A stretch of 64,000 nt of DNA from Paraphysomonas bandaiensis. Its lineage: Eukaryota > Protista > Chrysophyceae. The position numbers and the translations under genes are program-made. The stretch is taken from positions 1-64,000 of the forward strand of contig CBFFRP010000342.1 of NCBI GenBank assembly GCA_965644295.1, read 5' to 3'. Below are positions 39,398-52,532 of this stretch, one piece after another (position 1 is the first letter of the stretch; the number at the start of each line of letters is the position of its first letter). The notes beneath the pieces are model-generated. The model searched no databases. It saw only the letters and a program-made list of their open reading frames with translations, and was not told where the DNA came from.

Positions 39398-41314
39398 ATG
39401 CCACGTGATCTATCTAAGAAACGCAGACGTCATGGTATGTTTTGAGAAGCTCTCTATGTATATATATATGTATATATGTAACCCCTCTGGTTATACACAG
39501 ATTCAGACCATGAAAATAAATTACAAGAGATATTATTTGGTAAAACAATGATATCATCCCCTGTAATACATCCAAAGGAAGAGAATGATGTGATTAATGC
39601 ATGGGTTGATGAAGATGATCAGCATATTGAGGTTCATTTAGATCAGACAGCACGTACAAGAAAACTCCGTAAACAACATATGAATAATGATATCGTATCT
39701 GGAGATACGTTTACATCATTATTAAAGGAAAGGTGAGGGAGAGAAAGTATATGTTATTTATATTTGGGGGTTATCTATCTCTGTATTTTGCACTCATATC
39801 CTGATGCACAGGTTCCAGACGAGAGAGTTAGCTTGGGCGACATCTGGTGCAAGTGACGCCGATGCCCAGGAAGACTCAGAAATGGCTGGGTTGTTAGCAA
39901 CTAGCGGCAGCATGCTGGCGGACGATAAAGCGAAAGCACTTCCTTCAGGAAGGCTAGACATAAAGCGACTCGTCGATGCCAATGCAGCGGGTCCCAGCGC
40001 CAAAGAGATCAACGGTATTTACTTACTTATACTTAATTCATTAAAAAGTAGTGTTTTTAATTTGTCCTTCGGTTAGCTGTACGTTTCCATCCTAATGGGT
40101 CTATGTTACTTGCTGCTGGTGAAGACAAATATTTGCGCTTCTTCCGTGTGGATGGTGAGAAAAATGAAATGCGTCTAAGTGAGTATATCTGCTGTGCACA
40201 ATATATTTGGTAACTGACGGAACAGGCGTCCGATTTAATGACATGGCGATAAAGAACGCGCAGTTTGTGGGGGGGTCAACAAGCGGGGAGGTGGTGATTG
40301 GCGGCAGAAAGCCGTATTTCTACTCGTATGACACAGGGTCTGGGGCAGTCACAAAGATTCCAGGTTATTGAATCGGTTTGGGGTGTAGATGCCTGACAGT
40401 TACTGCGCAGGATGCATGGGAAAGAATATTAAGAGTCATGAAGTGCTGGCAGTGTCGCCACATGATGGGGATGGGGGGTGGTTGGCGGTTGCTGGACAGG
40501 CAGGGTATGTGCACCTGCTGTCATCACGAGAAAAGACGTGGGTTGGGGATGTCAAGATATCACGTGGCGGCGGAGTGCGTGCACTGAGCTTCTTGGATCC
40601 AAATGTACTATGCGCATCAGGTGGAGGAGCAGAGGTATACCTTTGGGATCTCAGGATGATGGGCAATGGAGGAGGGAGCAGGCTTCTTCACAGGTCTGTT
40701 GATTCATATTTTACTCCTCCTCAATGTCGCTGAATTTAGGTTTTCCCATGACGATGGCACTTACACTTCATCGTTAGCATGCACGCCGACTACTAACCCT
40801 CGAGCACACAAATACGCGGCTGTTGGTGCTGAGTCTGGTGTAGTATCCGTCTACGACATGGCAGGAGCGGTACAGGACCCAACGACACACAGCGTCTCTG
40901 GCCCGTCAAAACTGAAGTCAGTGATGAATTTGACTATGAAAATAACATCGCTTGCTATACATCCCTCGGGAGAGCTTATGGCAATGGCATCTGATCATGT
41001 ACGTTTCCGTACATTTTAAGAAATTTGTTGACTATGTATTATACTAGAAAAAAGACCACATGAAAATGGTTCATCTTCCATCTTGTTCAGTATTCAGCAA
41101 TTGGCCCACTGAGCGTACGCCTTTGGGTCGAGTGAAGTGCCTTGATTTTAGTCCAGGTTCTGACACACTCTACTTATTTATTTTCCCCTTACTCGTAATG
41201 TACACATATGTATGCTAATCGAGTGTTTGCTCTGCAGGGGGTGCATATCTTGCACAAGGTGATCATAGGGGGAAAGTAATGCTGTATAGGCTGAACCATT
41301 ACTCCGAGGCATAG
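39398..41314 (+). CDS. UTP18: U3 snoRNA-associated protein 18 (WD40), multi-exon
   Basis: AWVDEDD, RTRKLRK, IKRLVDAN, VRFHPN...FFRVDGEKN, GGRKPYFYSYD, VHLPSCSVFSNWPTERTPLG and GKVMLYRLNHY; stop at 41312-41314. Confidence 0.92.
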
Positions 41315-42117
41315 TGATAGGTGTTGCTGATGCATAGTTAGAGTATGGAATGTTTGTGTACTTCTATACGTGCGTGTTAGCATGCTAATACAAATAATTC
41401 CAACATGTATTTTAAATTTCCTAGCGGTACGTATAGAGAAGTTCTTGTCGTACTGCACGTTGTTTTCTAGTATTTTTACTCGTCGGCAATCACAAAGCCA
41501 TTTTAGTATACGCTACTAAATAATTTTTAGTTAAAAAAAAGTTGAAATAAATTCATAATATGTACTGACACGTTCCGCTACCAAGTTGAGCTGTGAAGTA
41601 GCTGAAAGACCACTCTTGACAAGTCAAGTTACTCTAGAGCGTAGAACAAGTCGAGGTACTAAAAGCTATATGTTTGCTACTACTTATATTGTGATAGTAT
41701 TGTTGGTCCGGTTAGAAAGTTTTTGCAGTAGTATTTATGGGACGCTACCCTGATATGTCGCGTGGACGAGAGTAGATTGAAGATAAAAGAGACAAGTGCG
41801 ATGTATACGAATATACGAATACGTGGTATGCATGATATATCACATAGTACGTATGATATATCAGAGCCTGATAACCATTAATGGCCCATGAATGGTAGTA
41901 TATAGTATATACATCATGCTTCACGAAAGCGAAGTTTTGTACTTCAACAGCACTTGAGAAAAACCATTTACCATACAACGACGAAACGTGCTCAATTAAT
42001 AATAAATATTGCAGTCATTTATTGATGATAATCTTTTATAACAACTACTGTTCTAGCTTAATACTAAATACTATATGCACACTGTTGCGTTATAGCTAGT
42101 CGTGCATGTCCAGCAGC

Positions 42118-43575
42118 TCAAGCAGTGGCGCACCTCCACTCTATCACGGAATGGTCATACGATGCAGTAAGCACAGCCCTTTCTGATGGATGACTCGATA
42201 TGTCCCTGATTTGTCCACTGTGTCCCTTAAGACATCCAACCGGGCGCCCCGAAGAAAGGGAATAGACGTGTAGGTGATTGTCCTCCTGGCTATTGGAGTA
42301 TATGTAATCTCCGGAGCAGTCCCAAGCCACTTTGGGTCTTCCATACGAATCACAGGAGTGTCCTCCTGCCAAAACTCTCACACGAGTGTTCGTCCCAGTG
42401 ACGTATATAATATGCATATCTTTATCAGTGGCTACAAGAATTCTCCCTCCACACGGGGAAAGAGCCATGTGCAGGGGGGCGAACGAGACGTGTGTGTCCC
42501 AATCATGTTCATTCACAGAAACCTCCGCACGGGAAAGAGTTTCGCTATGAACATAGAGTAGATAGGGGCTGTCCCGCAAACCCATCACTAAGTATGGTGC
42601 AGATTCAGGCCCCGGATCTTCCGTACTTGGAGGGAGTTTACCGGCTGCCACAAGGGCAGGAGTAACCACACTGTATGGAGCAAATATAGCACACTCAGGG
42701 GTGCTCTGAAAGCGCATTTGAGATACAACTTCGAGGTCCACCCCTTCACAAGACCCTTCAACAACCCGTCGCCTAAAACATTACATCACTAAATATAGTT
42801 GGCAGGGCATTGCAGAGTAGCAATACTTGTCTAACTCACCGGTACAGTACGACGGACTTATCATGTGAACAGGTGAAAAGGTACTTGCCCTCATCACTCC
42901 ATCCAACGCTGACCACATACTTGGTATGGTTGCGCCACACCCCCACACCAGTCTCATCTCCACCTATTGCCTTCGACAAGTCCACCTGTGTGCATGTATA
43001 GTATGGGAACAATCGGACATATGTTACTCGAAGGACTCACCACTGCCAACCCGCCATCCATCATAGAGCAAGCTACCAGGGTGCCGTTCACAGCCATCGC
43101 AAGTAAAGGCGCAGAGAACTCATGCTGAAATACGGGAAGCCCCGTAACAGCATCGTAAACCCGAAGCGATTTGTCGACACCCCCACAGGCAACAACCTCA
43201 CCTCCTCCAAGATTACAATAAGCAGAGCACAAAACATTCAACCCATTCGAAGCATTGTCAATCCGTAAATGATTCACAGATGCATATCTACCATCGCCCT
43301 CTGGTATAATAACTTCAGACACCGGAGCAGCGGCCTTGTTTTCTATCACTACAGTCGAAGGAGCCCCTGACGGGTCAATACCATTTGCAGTCAACAATTG
43401 TCTTAGTCTCTCATTCTCACACGCCACTGCATAAAACCATCACAAGTTGCATTCCATTGCATTACATGCCATAATTCTTACATAAATCGGCTTCATCCTC
43501 AAGATCTGTGTATCTTTTTTTCTCTTTCTTTAGAGCTTCTTCCAATTCAGTTATACGATCTTCAAAGTTAGACAT
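42118..43575 (-). CDS. WD40-repeat protein with short N-terminal coiled coil, multi-exon
   Basis: MSNFEDRITELEEALKKEK..., GGVDKSLRVYD, LKGHSGQIRDISSHP...LTASYDHSVIEW. Confidence 0.8.
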
Positions 43576-44393
43576 GTTAATAATGGAATGCTAATAAAAT
43601 ATTGTCAATAAGAGTGCAAATTCCTTTAGTTTTATTGCAACAGTTGCTTTATTTAATTAAGTAATGCTGCAATTAATTCTTCTTAAGCTACACAGTGTTA
43701 TGTATGTATATATACTCCCTATGACTCCTTAAGATTCCATATGAAATACACATAAAATACATATATATAATACATACACAGTTATATATCTATAAAATAG
43801 TGTTCTGGAATCGAAAAATCCCCTATTTCTATAGCAAAATGTATGAAATTGTATGAAGAAGTGAATAAATCGGATATTTTTCGAATTCTATTAAAAGAAA
43901 AAGTGTGGAATCTATCACGAAATGTCCCTATGAATTCTTTGTGTATAAACCATACTCCACTCTGCCATATACGGTAGGTAGCAGTAGAGAGCAAGTAAAG
44001 TATGCAATTCTACGTATAGAGTCCTGCTACAGCCAGAGTATGCAATTCTACGTACACTGTATCATAAAGTATGAAATCCTACGTACAGAGTCTTGCTACT
44101 ATACAACCAGTATGAAAATTCTACGTACGGTGTCCTGGTAGTGTACAGTAAAGTATGAAATCCTACGTATAAACCTTCAATCTCCCTCTTAACTTTTCTT
44201 TGTATACAACTAAAGTATGAAATCCTACGCATATTACTCACACCTTCACTCCCACTCTATACATACATACATACACATTCCAAACTAACCATACATACAT
44301 ACATACATATATATAAGCTCCACTATCAAACTATTAATCTCATTAATTTTGATACGAATAAATTCTTCATTTATTATCTTCTTCATTCCTACT

Positions 44394-44395
<2 letters not shown>

Positions 44396-44429
<34 letters not shown>

Positions 44430-44470
44430 CTCTCTCTCGGTCTCTCTCTCGGTCTCTCTCTCTGTCTCTG
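44396..44470. repeat. (CT)n microsatellite upstream of ATG101
   Basis: Run of ctctct with interspersed cgg. Confidence 0.95.
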
Positions 44471-44490
44471 TGTGTGTGTATATTTCAATA

Positions 44491-45722
44491 ATGAATTTAA
44501 AAGAAATCACATTAGAAGAAATGGAACTTCATTCTACTTTATATGAAGAAGGTTTATCATGTTTACTTCATACCATTCTATTTGTTCGTGCACCGGGACC
44601 TGTTCGACCACAAGATGCACACTGTCGTAAGCTGTGTCCCCTCACATATGCAAAGTACGTTAACAGTAACTTGATATGATGAGATATGTGTATATTATGA
44701 TGTGATATGGTATGATGTGTTGTGATATGATGTGATGGGATGCACACTGTCGTAAGCTGTGTCCCCTCACATATGCAAAGTACGTTAACAGTAACTTGAT
44801 ATGATGAGATATGTGTATATTATGATGTGATATGGTATGATGTGTTGTGATATGATGTGATGGGATGCACACTGTCGTAAGCTGTGTCCCCTCACATATG
44901 CAAAGTACGTTAACAGTAACTTGATTTGATGAGATATGTGTATATTATGATGTGATATGGTACGATGCGTTGTGATGTGGTATGATGTGTTGTGATATGA
45001 TGTGATGGGATTCACACTGTCGTAAGCTGTGTCCCCTGACGTATATAAAGTACGTTCTTAGTACTGTACATTACAGAAGGTGATTTGAGAAGATGTGATA
45101 TGTTATTATCTGATATCCTATGTTATGGATTAACTGGTATGATACGATCTGTTAGGGTATGATGTGATGTGACCAGCTATTATAGTTTTTTTAATGCGAT
45201 GTATCGTCTGCGATTATGTGATATTATGTGCTGTTATTCTCTACAATGTAACTCGTGCGCTACTGCAGATGCGGTGTGGAGGATGTTGATAATACCGTTG
45301 CGGATACTATCAGCAACCTCAAAACTTCCCTGATACATGTGGGACCTCACCTCTCCCGTGGTGTTGTCACGCTTTCGTTTTATGAAAAACGAGAGAATAA
45401 GGGTTTCTTCGGAATCCTGAGTAGTGAGGAGAAAGTACACTTCGAAAGATGGCGTATTCCTGTGTTGGTTAATGAGAGCCCCTTCCCTCGAGGAATGGAT
45501 CCCGCTTCAGAGATGACTCGTAAACGTCTGTACGACTCCGCTCGGGAACAAGTCAAAGAGCGCATGCTTGTCATATTTGAGGCTGTTAACACTTCGATAG
45601 ACCACGTGCCACCCTCCATGTATGAGTTCGCGTTGGAGGCATCTGGATTGACTGGGGAAAGGAGGGAACACTCGATGGTCACAAGACTTATTAACTCACC
45701 CACCCTTATGAATCCGCTGTAG
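44491..45722 (+). CDS. ATG101: Autophagy-related protein 101 (HORMA domain), 2 exons
   Basis: SCLLHTILFVRAPGPVRPQD...LTYA joins to CGVEDVD...VTLSFYEKR...EEKVHFERWRIPV...NTSIDHVPP; intron ~44655-45269. Confidence 0.88.
44614..45055 (+). repeat. 125-bp tandem repeat spanning the ATG101 exon 1 end and 5' splice site
   Basis: Unit starts at 44614, 44739, 44864 and 45009 (last one partial and diverged). Confidence 0.95.
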
Positions 45723-46819
45723 TATCTATTTCCCACTTGCACCTTCTTGTGGTGTTCTGTATATTAAATTAAAAAATAGCGTAGTAATTCTCTCATATAT
45801 AATAGTGCGTGTGCCTGAAGATTTTCTCTATGGACTTTCCTGTGTGTATAAGAAATAATATGTCGCTCATTCCAAACGATTTCCGATGTGCTACATATTC
45901 ATGAGTAATAATTATAAGCACTATTCGAATTTCGAAACGAATCCAGAAACGAAATATTAGGAGAGAACGTTATATTACAAAAGTACAATAATGTTTGTTA
46001 CAAAAGTACAATTAAGTTCCAGTACTAAACCACGGCTGCGTAAAAATTAATTGAATTTTAAATAATGGACCTTGTGTCTTTGCGCTTTAGTAGACTTCTG
46101 TGAATGCTATTCGCTATTCAAGCTTGTAATTAGTTGCTAGTTTAATTAGACAATTATTGACGATTAAATTCCAATTATAATTGCTCTAGCTATGACAAAT
46201 AATTTCAATATAATTGCTCAAAAACATTTACAATTTAAATATTTTGTAAATTATGAAATATACGGCCTACAAAAATACAAACTCTTTCGCTATTTTGATC
46301 ATAACTTTTTAACTGAAGTATTCTGTATAGAAATTATATATATTTGTAATTGTTATCATTATTACTTGCTACATTGCTACAACTACTTGTTTTCGTACAT
46401 TGTATTTTATGGAAATAGTAGATAGTAGTAGATATAAACAGGCTTAGGCATACTTTGTGCACATCTAGTATGGCCCGGCGGGGCTAACGCAGTCATTCAT
46501 ATCTTGCCTAGTATAATCACCACACTGTACCCTCAGTAAGGGGAATATTGCAATCGAAAGGAAACTATACGTTTCGTAGGGCTTGTGTGAATCTATGACA
46601 TACAAAGGCGGCGCAAAACTAGAGTTAATCAGATGTTGAACAAATATCCATCACTAAAGCTCTCCAAACTAACTCATTAGTTAATTAAGGAATAAAAGAG
46701 GTGAGATTATAACGCCACATCCACATACGACCTGTGTGATTGATCGAATACTAATATCTCATGCACTGTGCTATGAGAAAAACAGATGCACATCAACGTA
46801 CGCACTCATATTCTATATC

Positions 46820-47666
46820 TCAGACAGATTTCAAAAGACTTTTAGTCCCTTCAGCTTCACGCTTTCTGTCTCTCTCATCAATTAAAGTTCCCTCCTCCAA
46901 GCTACTTGAATTCATACACTTTTCAAACTCATCCATCTCACTTTGCATCCATCTCAATCGTTCAAAGTTACGAAGCATATACATATACACAGGTGCAACT
47001 GCCAGTAACGCCCATACAGATAGTACCCATGCGAATACAGGTACACAGAAATAATACATACGTATTCCTGTGATACAATATATAAGTCAAGTTCGTGAAG
47101 TGGTTATATAGTAATATTACCTGTTGAGTAGAATGAATGGGCCTTATTAAACACTGCAGATATGACCGATAGAGGCAATGGCTTTCCTTTAATCTCTTTG
47201 ACATTTATCATAAAACTATAAAACATCAATTATATACAGTGTATTAACATATATATATAACTTACTGCAAATGTACAGCATATCTAGTAGATAAGAAGAA
47301 TACAAAAAAGATCCCCAAGAATAACACTATACATAAAGCTAATTTTGCTAATATCAGATTTTTACGTATTGAATGATCTTCTGTTGCAATTTGTGCAGCA
47401 AAACCAGCAAAAACTGTGGCTAATAAAATAGAATTCCCAGCAAAAAATATTGTCACACGTAAATAATCACGTGTGGTATTACATGCTGCTTGTCCAGTTA
47501 AATGATTCTGTTTGACCCAACCAATACGCATTTCTTTAAAGAATCCAATCGCTTTTGTATCATTATCACTAACAAACGTGCCTTGTCTATATTCGTATAT
47601 ATAACAGATGCCGATAGCTGTAAACACCATGACTGGTATAGCGATTTCATAGAATGGAAGTGACAT
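46820..47666 (-). CDS. DUF599-family multi-pass membrane protein, 3 exons
   Basis: R.GWV...NTTRDYL, TRYAVH, AHSFYSTGIRMYYFCVPVFAWVL and four hydrophobic segments. Confidence 0.75.
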
Positions 47667-49506
47667 TGATAGAGATTGAATTGTATTAGTATGTATGGTT
47701 TTGTTGATATGATGATGTGTGTGTTATGAGAGTGGTGTGGTTATGTATATATATGAGAGTGAGTGTGTGTGTATATGTGTGGACGATGTGTGGATGTATG
47801 TATATGTATGTATATATATGTATATATATGTATGTATATGTATATATATGTATGTATATGTATATATATGTATGTATGACTGCTGTGTACACGTACACAT
47901 AGCTATCTATATGATGTACACATACAGGTATGATGTACAGAATGTATGGAGATGTGTGTATGTGTGGATGATGTGTGAAGTTAGTATGTGTACAGAATGT
48001 ATACTAGTATATACACTATATGCGGCTGAGATTCTATGTGATATATACAGCTATGTATATGTGTGGATGTACATGTACATGTACATGTATGTATATATGT
48101 ATATTACTGTAGTACAGCCGTATAAATGTGTATACTGCTCGCTTTGTCTGAAAATCTAATATTTTCAGCTCTCAGGGTCTCGTATATAGGAATTTCTAAT
48201 ATTTATATCTAAAACTCCGGTTTTAAGTTTTAAAGTCTATGTAAACCCATTTTTTATATACTGGGCGGTTAGGGGTTGGCAGATCAAGCAGTGCGCGCAT
48301 TGCTGAGTTGCAGCCATGATATGGATATGCTCCTCTTCTAATTGCTTATATATTGCAGTGAAGGAAACAGTATCAATACTCCTCAGCTATGATACTATAT
48401 GAGCTCATTATCTTCTAATCCTAGCTGATAAGTATCGATAATATGCACTGCAATAGTCAACAAACCGTATCGCTATACGCTATATATACACTGATATACA
48501 ATACTGCATATGACAATGAGTAGAGCGTACATCAGATATTTATAGATACCACATCGTAAAGCAGTTATCTTTCTTATGAGATTTTGTGTAGATGGAGACA
48601 CAAATGGCAGTAATAGTGGTAGCAGTTGCACTAGTTAGAGTAGTATAAGCAGTTACAACAGAAGACCATATAACTCCTAAAGCCCAACTCATAGTAACAC
48701 ACACGTAACACAGTAACACTATGACGGAGTAGCTTTCACCTTGACATTATATTGCTGATGGTTTCGTGTAGTCACATATAACCTCAGCAGTCCCAGCGTG
48801 TGTTGGGTGAAGTGACAGTAATAGTGGTAGCAGGGGCAATGTGTGTCTATCTGTCTTACCGAGAGGGAAAGTTTAGGAGTACTAATCCAAAACAAGATCC
48901 CTCCATTTTGGATCAGTATAACAAAAACAATAGTACATGATACTGGACTGGTCTAATGTTAGATGATGGTCGTTATAGGAGTATACCAAAATCTTATTCG
49001 CAGTATTATATATTGTTCTCATAATGAAACAACACTTATATGCTTTTCGCAACTGCCCCCTCATTGAACTTTATGGCTTCAATGTAAGAAGCGCAGACGG
49101 GACTGCTTCATTGGCGGTGATACCGGTTTGGGTAGCTCGCACAATCTAACTGCAGACGGAAGAGAAAACAGTAGTTAAGCTTTCTCAATGACTTTTTGGA
49201 GCATTACTTTGAATTAAAATTTGATATTGATTCACAATACTCAGCTTACTCTTCGTAGACCACATTACGTCAATGAGCCGCTATAATTGCTGTTGATGTC
49301 ATAGTGTCATATAATTAATTATCAAGTGACTCAACTGCGTTCACCATTTTCTATATTTACTAAACTACAACAGCACAAACCTGACACATATATGTGACCA
49401 ATTAATAGAATACAAACTCGCGGTATGCACGCAGCAGTGCACAGCAAAACTATAGTGTCTTCGTATATTACAACTTCACAAGGACCGAAGAGTCAATTAA
49501 CTACGG

Positions 49507-51648
49507 CTACGCATATCTAGCTAATAATTTCTTTAGTTTCGTCCTTTTAACTTTCTCGGTGTGAACTGCATCTCTCAATGTATCGAGCTCTTCGTCCTTA
49601 CTAGCAAGATCTCGTTTGACCTGTGTATAAAATCACAATGCGTTTCTATAAAACATGTGGACAAATAAACCTCTGAGTTCAAATTCGTGAGTCTGTCTTC
49701 ATGCGCCTGCATGAGGTCAGCCATTTCAGCAGCATGCCTTTTGCGCTCTCTTTCAGATAGAATTCTGAGCTCGTTTACTTTTTTCTTCATCTCATCCATA
49801 TTCTGAGCATGTGATGCGTCGATATCTCTCATGCGTTCATTGAATCTGGTCTCCATTTCACTCCGCCTTTCACTGATGCGCTCTCGCACACCTGCATACA
49901 ACACCGATTATTCTCTCACCATCAGGCTATGTATTCCACAAACCTTTGGCTTCTCGAGTTCTTCGACGCAAATCACTTACTCGATTCTGCAGTTCAACCG
50001 TCTCATCCAATGCAGTTTTGACAGCGGCATTCAGCTCATTTTTTTCAGCGGAAAGATCAGCAATCCGGGTTAATCTCACATCCTCTCGTCGTTTCATATG
50101 ACTGTCTTCTGTACTTGCCGCTGCCTCGATGCGCTTTATCTCTACCTCTGCTGTCTCTCGCCACTCTCTTTCCAAAAGTGCTGTTTCAGTTTGAAGCCGT
50201 CGTATTTCTCCTTTGAGTTCTTTGTCCCGAGATTCCGCTAATTCGCGCTTCATGCGCTCTATTCCCTGCTCACCCACCGCGGAAGTTGATGACGGGAGTG
50301 ACTGGAGATGACTTTCCCGTCGAGATTCAAACTCTTTGCGCAAATCATTCATCTAATATATATCTAAGTCTGCGAGTGACGTATATCCAAGTGTGTACCT
50401 TCGCATCATGTTCCTTCTGTAGGGCTCGGACTTCCTTCTCGTGTCGTGCGCGTAATGTATGAAGCTTTTCCCTTAACTTTCTCTCAGCCTCTGCCAATCC
50501 AGCCTCTCCCTCTTCATGCTCACGTTGTACCTGGATTGCACACAAAATAAGATAAGATACATAGTATACAAAAGTAAAGATCCAAATGAATATATTGGGA
50601 AAAAGGTGAGACGTGCCTTGCTATTCACGCGGGCTCGGTGTTTCTCTAATTCTTTCGTAAGGTCTTCCTGCATCTGCTGAATCTTAACTTTGTGCTCCCT
50701 TTCCATACCCTCCACTTCTCGCATGGCGTCGTCCAATCGCGCCCTAACACCTGCCCGCTGCTCTTCCCTTCCAGCCCTCTCAGCAGCAGATAGTTTATCT
50801 TCAAATAGCTTCACTAGGTCAGCTTTGGCTTTACGTTCATCTGCTTGCAACTGCATCTCCACATCTGCCACCTCTTGCTCATGTGCCAAACGTAAACGGC
50901 TGAATTCGGGCTCCAGAGCTCGCTCAGTGGACTCACAGATTTCTTTCAATTTTGCACTCATAAACTATCCAATGCATTGCATCATTTTATAAAACTCTTC
51001 ATAAACACATTGCTACTCACCTTACGCTGCCGCTCCTCCTGTCCGGCACGATAAGCCTTACGTTCAATCTCAATTTCCCTCTGACTCTCTGCATGAATCC
51101 TCCGCACCTCTGCTTTGAGCTTATCTTCTTCCTCCTTAACACGAGCTACTAACGATTTACACTTCTCAAGTAAATCTTTCTTTCTTGCAATATTTTGATT
51201 GCATGACTCGACGAGTGTGTCTGTGTTCTCTTTATGAGTCGCTATTTCTTTCTATATCATCATATCAGTCCCATAAAACTAACATATGTGTGTAGATATG
51301 TATCTGTGTATATCCCCTCTATGTATATATCTGTATGTATGTGTGTATATATGAGGAGCTGTACCTCTATTTTATGGTTGTAGTCATCAGCCACATCTCT
51401 CTCTACTTTAGCCAGCAGTTCTCTCTCTTCCTCTACTTTGACCTCTAGAGCATCACATATCTTCCCTCTATCCTGTTAATAACATACCATTACACACACA
51501 TACATACACATACACATACACATACATACATACATACATACACATACATACACAGACATATATATACACATATACATACATCAAGCTCGACAGATAGTGC
51601 AACGAGTTGCTCCCTTATGCTCTGATAAGACTCCTTTACCAGAGACAT
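49507..51648 (-). CDS. CEP131: CEP131/AZI1-like centriolar coiled-coil protein (C-terminal conserved region), multi-exon
   Basis: KLKEICESTERALEPEFSRLRLAHEQEV, SRDKELKGEIRRLQ and EVKRDLASKDEELDTLR recall conserved AZI1 blocks. Shorter than the animal protein; start uncertain. Confidence 0.6.
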
Positions 51649-52202
51649 CACCTGGTAAGATTATCTTATCAAGTGAATGGTGTGTATATAGTGATCTTAA
51701 AAGAGAGACTTATAACAACAACATGAGGACAAATTTAAAGGATTTTTGAGAAAATGGAGACCTAAAAACTCCTGTTTATTTGAAATATTGAAGTATTATG
51801 ATAAATACCATGGGTTTCCTAGTAAATATAATATATACAGTACACTGTAGCTGAAAACATCATCTGATTGCTTGTCATACTATACAAAAAATCAGTAGAG
51901 AGTTCAAATACCTCTAAAATGTCGTGTAATATCCAGTAATTTTATGAGCAGTGGCATATAAAAACCTGTAAAAAATTCTTCATTCTAAAAAAAAGACTAT
52001 TATGGATTTTTGTTCATATCTGCTTTTTTGGTAAAACACAAAATGGCAAGATTTATGCAGGATTTTTGGTACTGTAAAAATGTATAGTTCCTAAAATACC
52101 CTCCTTTTTGAGCTATTATCCCAACTTGTAGCTACGAATGGATCTAGACATGGTACAGCAGGAGCAGCAGTGTGTTGTGCAGTTCTTCTTGCTTGTGTCG
52201 AG

Positions 52203-52532
52203 CGTATATCGGCATCCTTAGTATTTTTGTTCAAAGATGCCTCTAATATTGAGACAACAATTATCTGTATTCCAGCCGTAGTCGTATTGCAGTAATATCG
52301 AGTATATTTGTTTCAATTTATTTCCGAAAAATAAGATGCTGACTGCCGTGTATGGTGCTGTCGATCTTGTAGACTGTCAATACTATTGACAGTCAGCATC
52401 TTCTTTTTCGGAAATAAATTGAAGCAGAAATCTTCTATATAACTGCAATACAACTACGGCTGGAATACAGATAATTGTTGTCTCAATATTAGAGGCATCT
52501 TTGAACAAAAATATACAAAGAATGCTGATACG
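52203..52532. mobile_element. Two family-1 MITE copies in inverted orientation (A + 52203-52348; B - 52388-52532)
   Basis: Core AAGATGCCTCTAATATTGAGACAACAATTATCTGTATTCCAGCCGTAG is present forward and then reverse-complemented. Confidence 0.85.

Noticed and set aside
43995-44235. CRISPR array
   Set aside because: Eukaryotic context, degenerate repeats, irregular and mutually related spacers, no cas genes.
46466-46512. Helitron 3' end (GC hairpin near CTAG)
   Set aside because: The hairpin GCCCGGCGGGGC is weak, its spacing to CTAG is atypical, and there is no 5' end or second copy.
47686-48159. ORFs rich in Y/I/H/T/M/C/V (also at 33420-33865, 38600-39055, 62468-63150)
   Set aside because: Translations of TA/CA/TG microsatellites in promoters and introns.
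48262-48316. GC-rich patch with hairpin GCAGTGCGCGCATTGC as a possible ncRNA
   Set aside because: No tRNA, snRNA or snoRNA motifs; too short to support a call.
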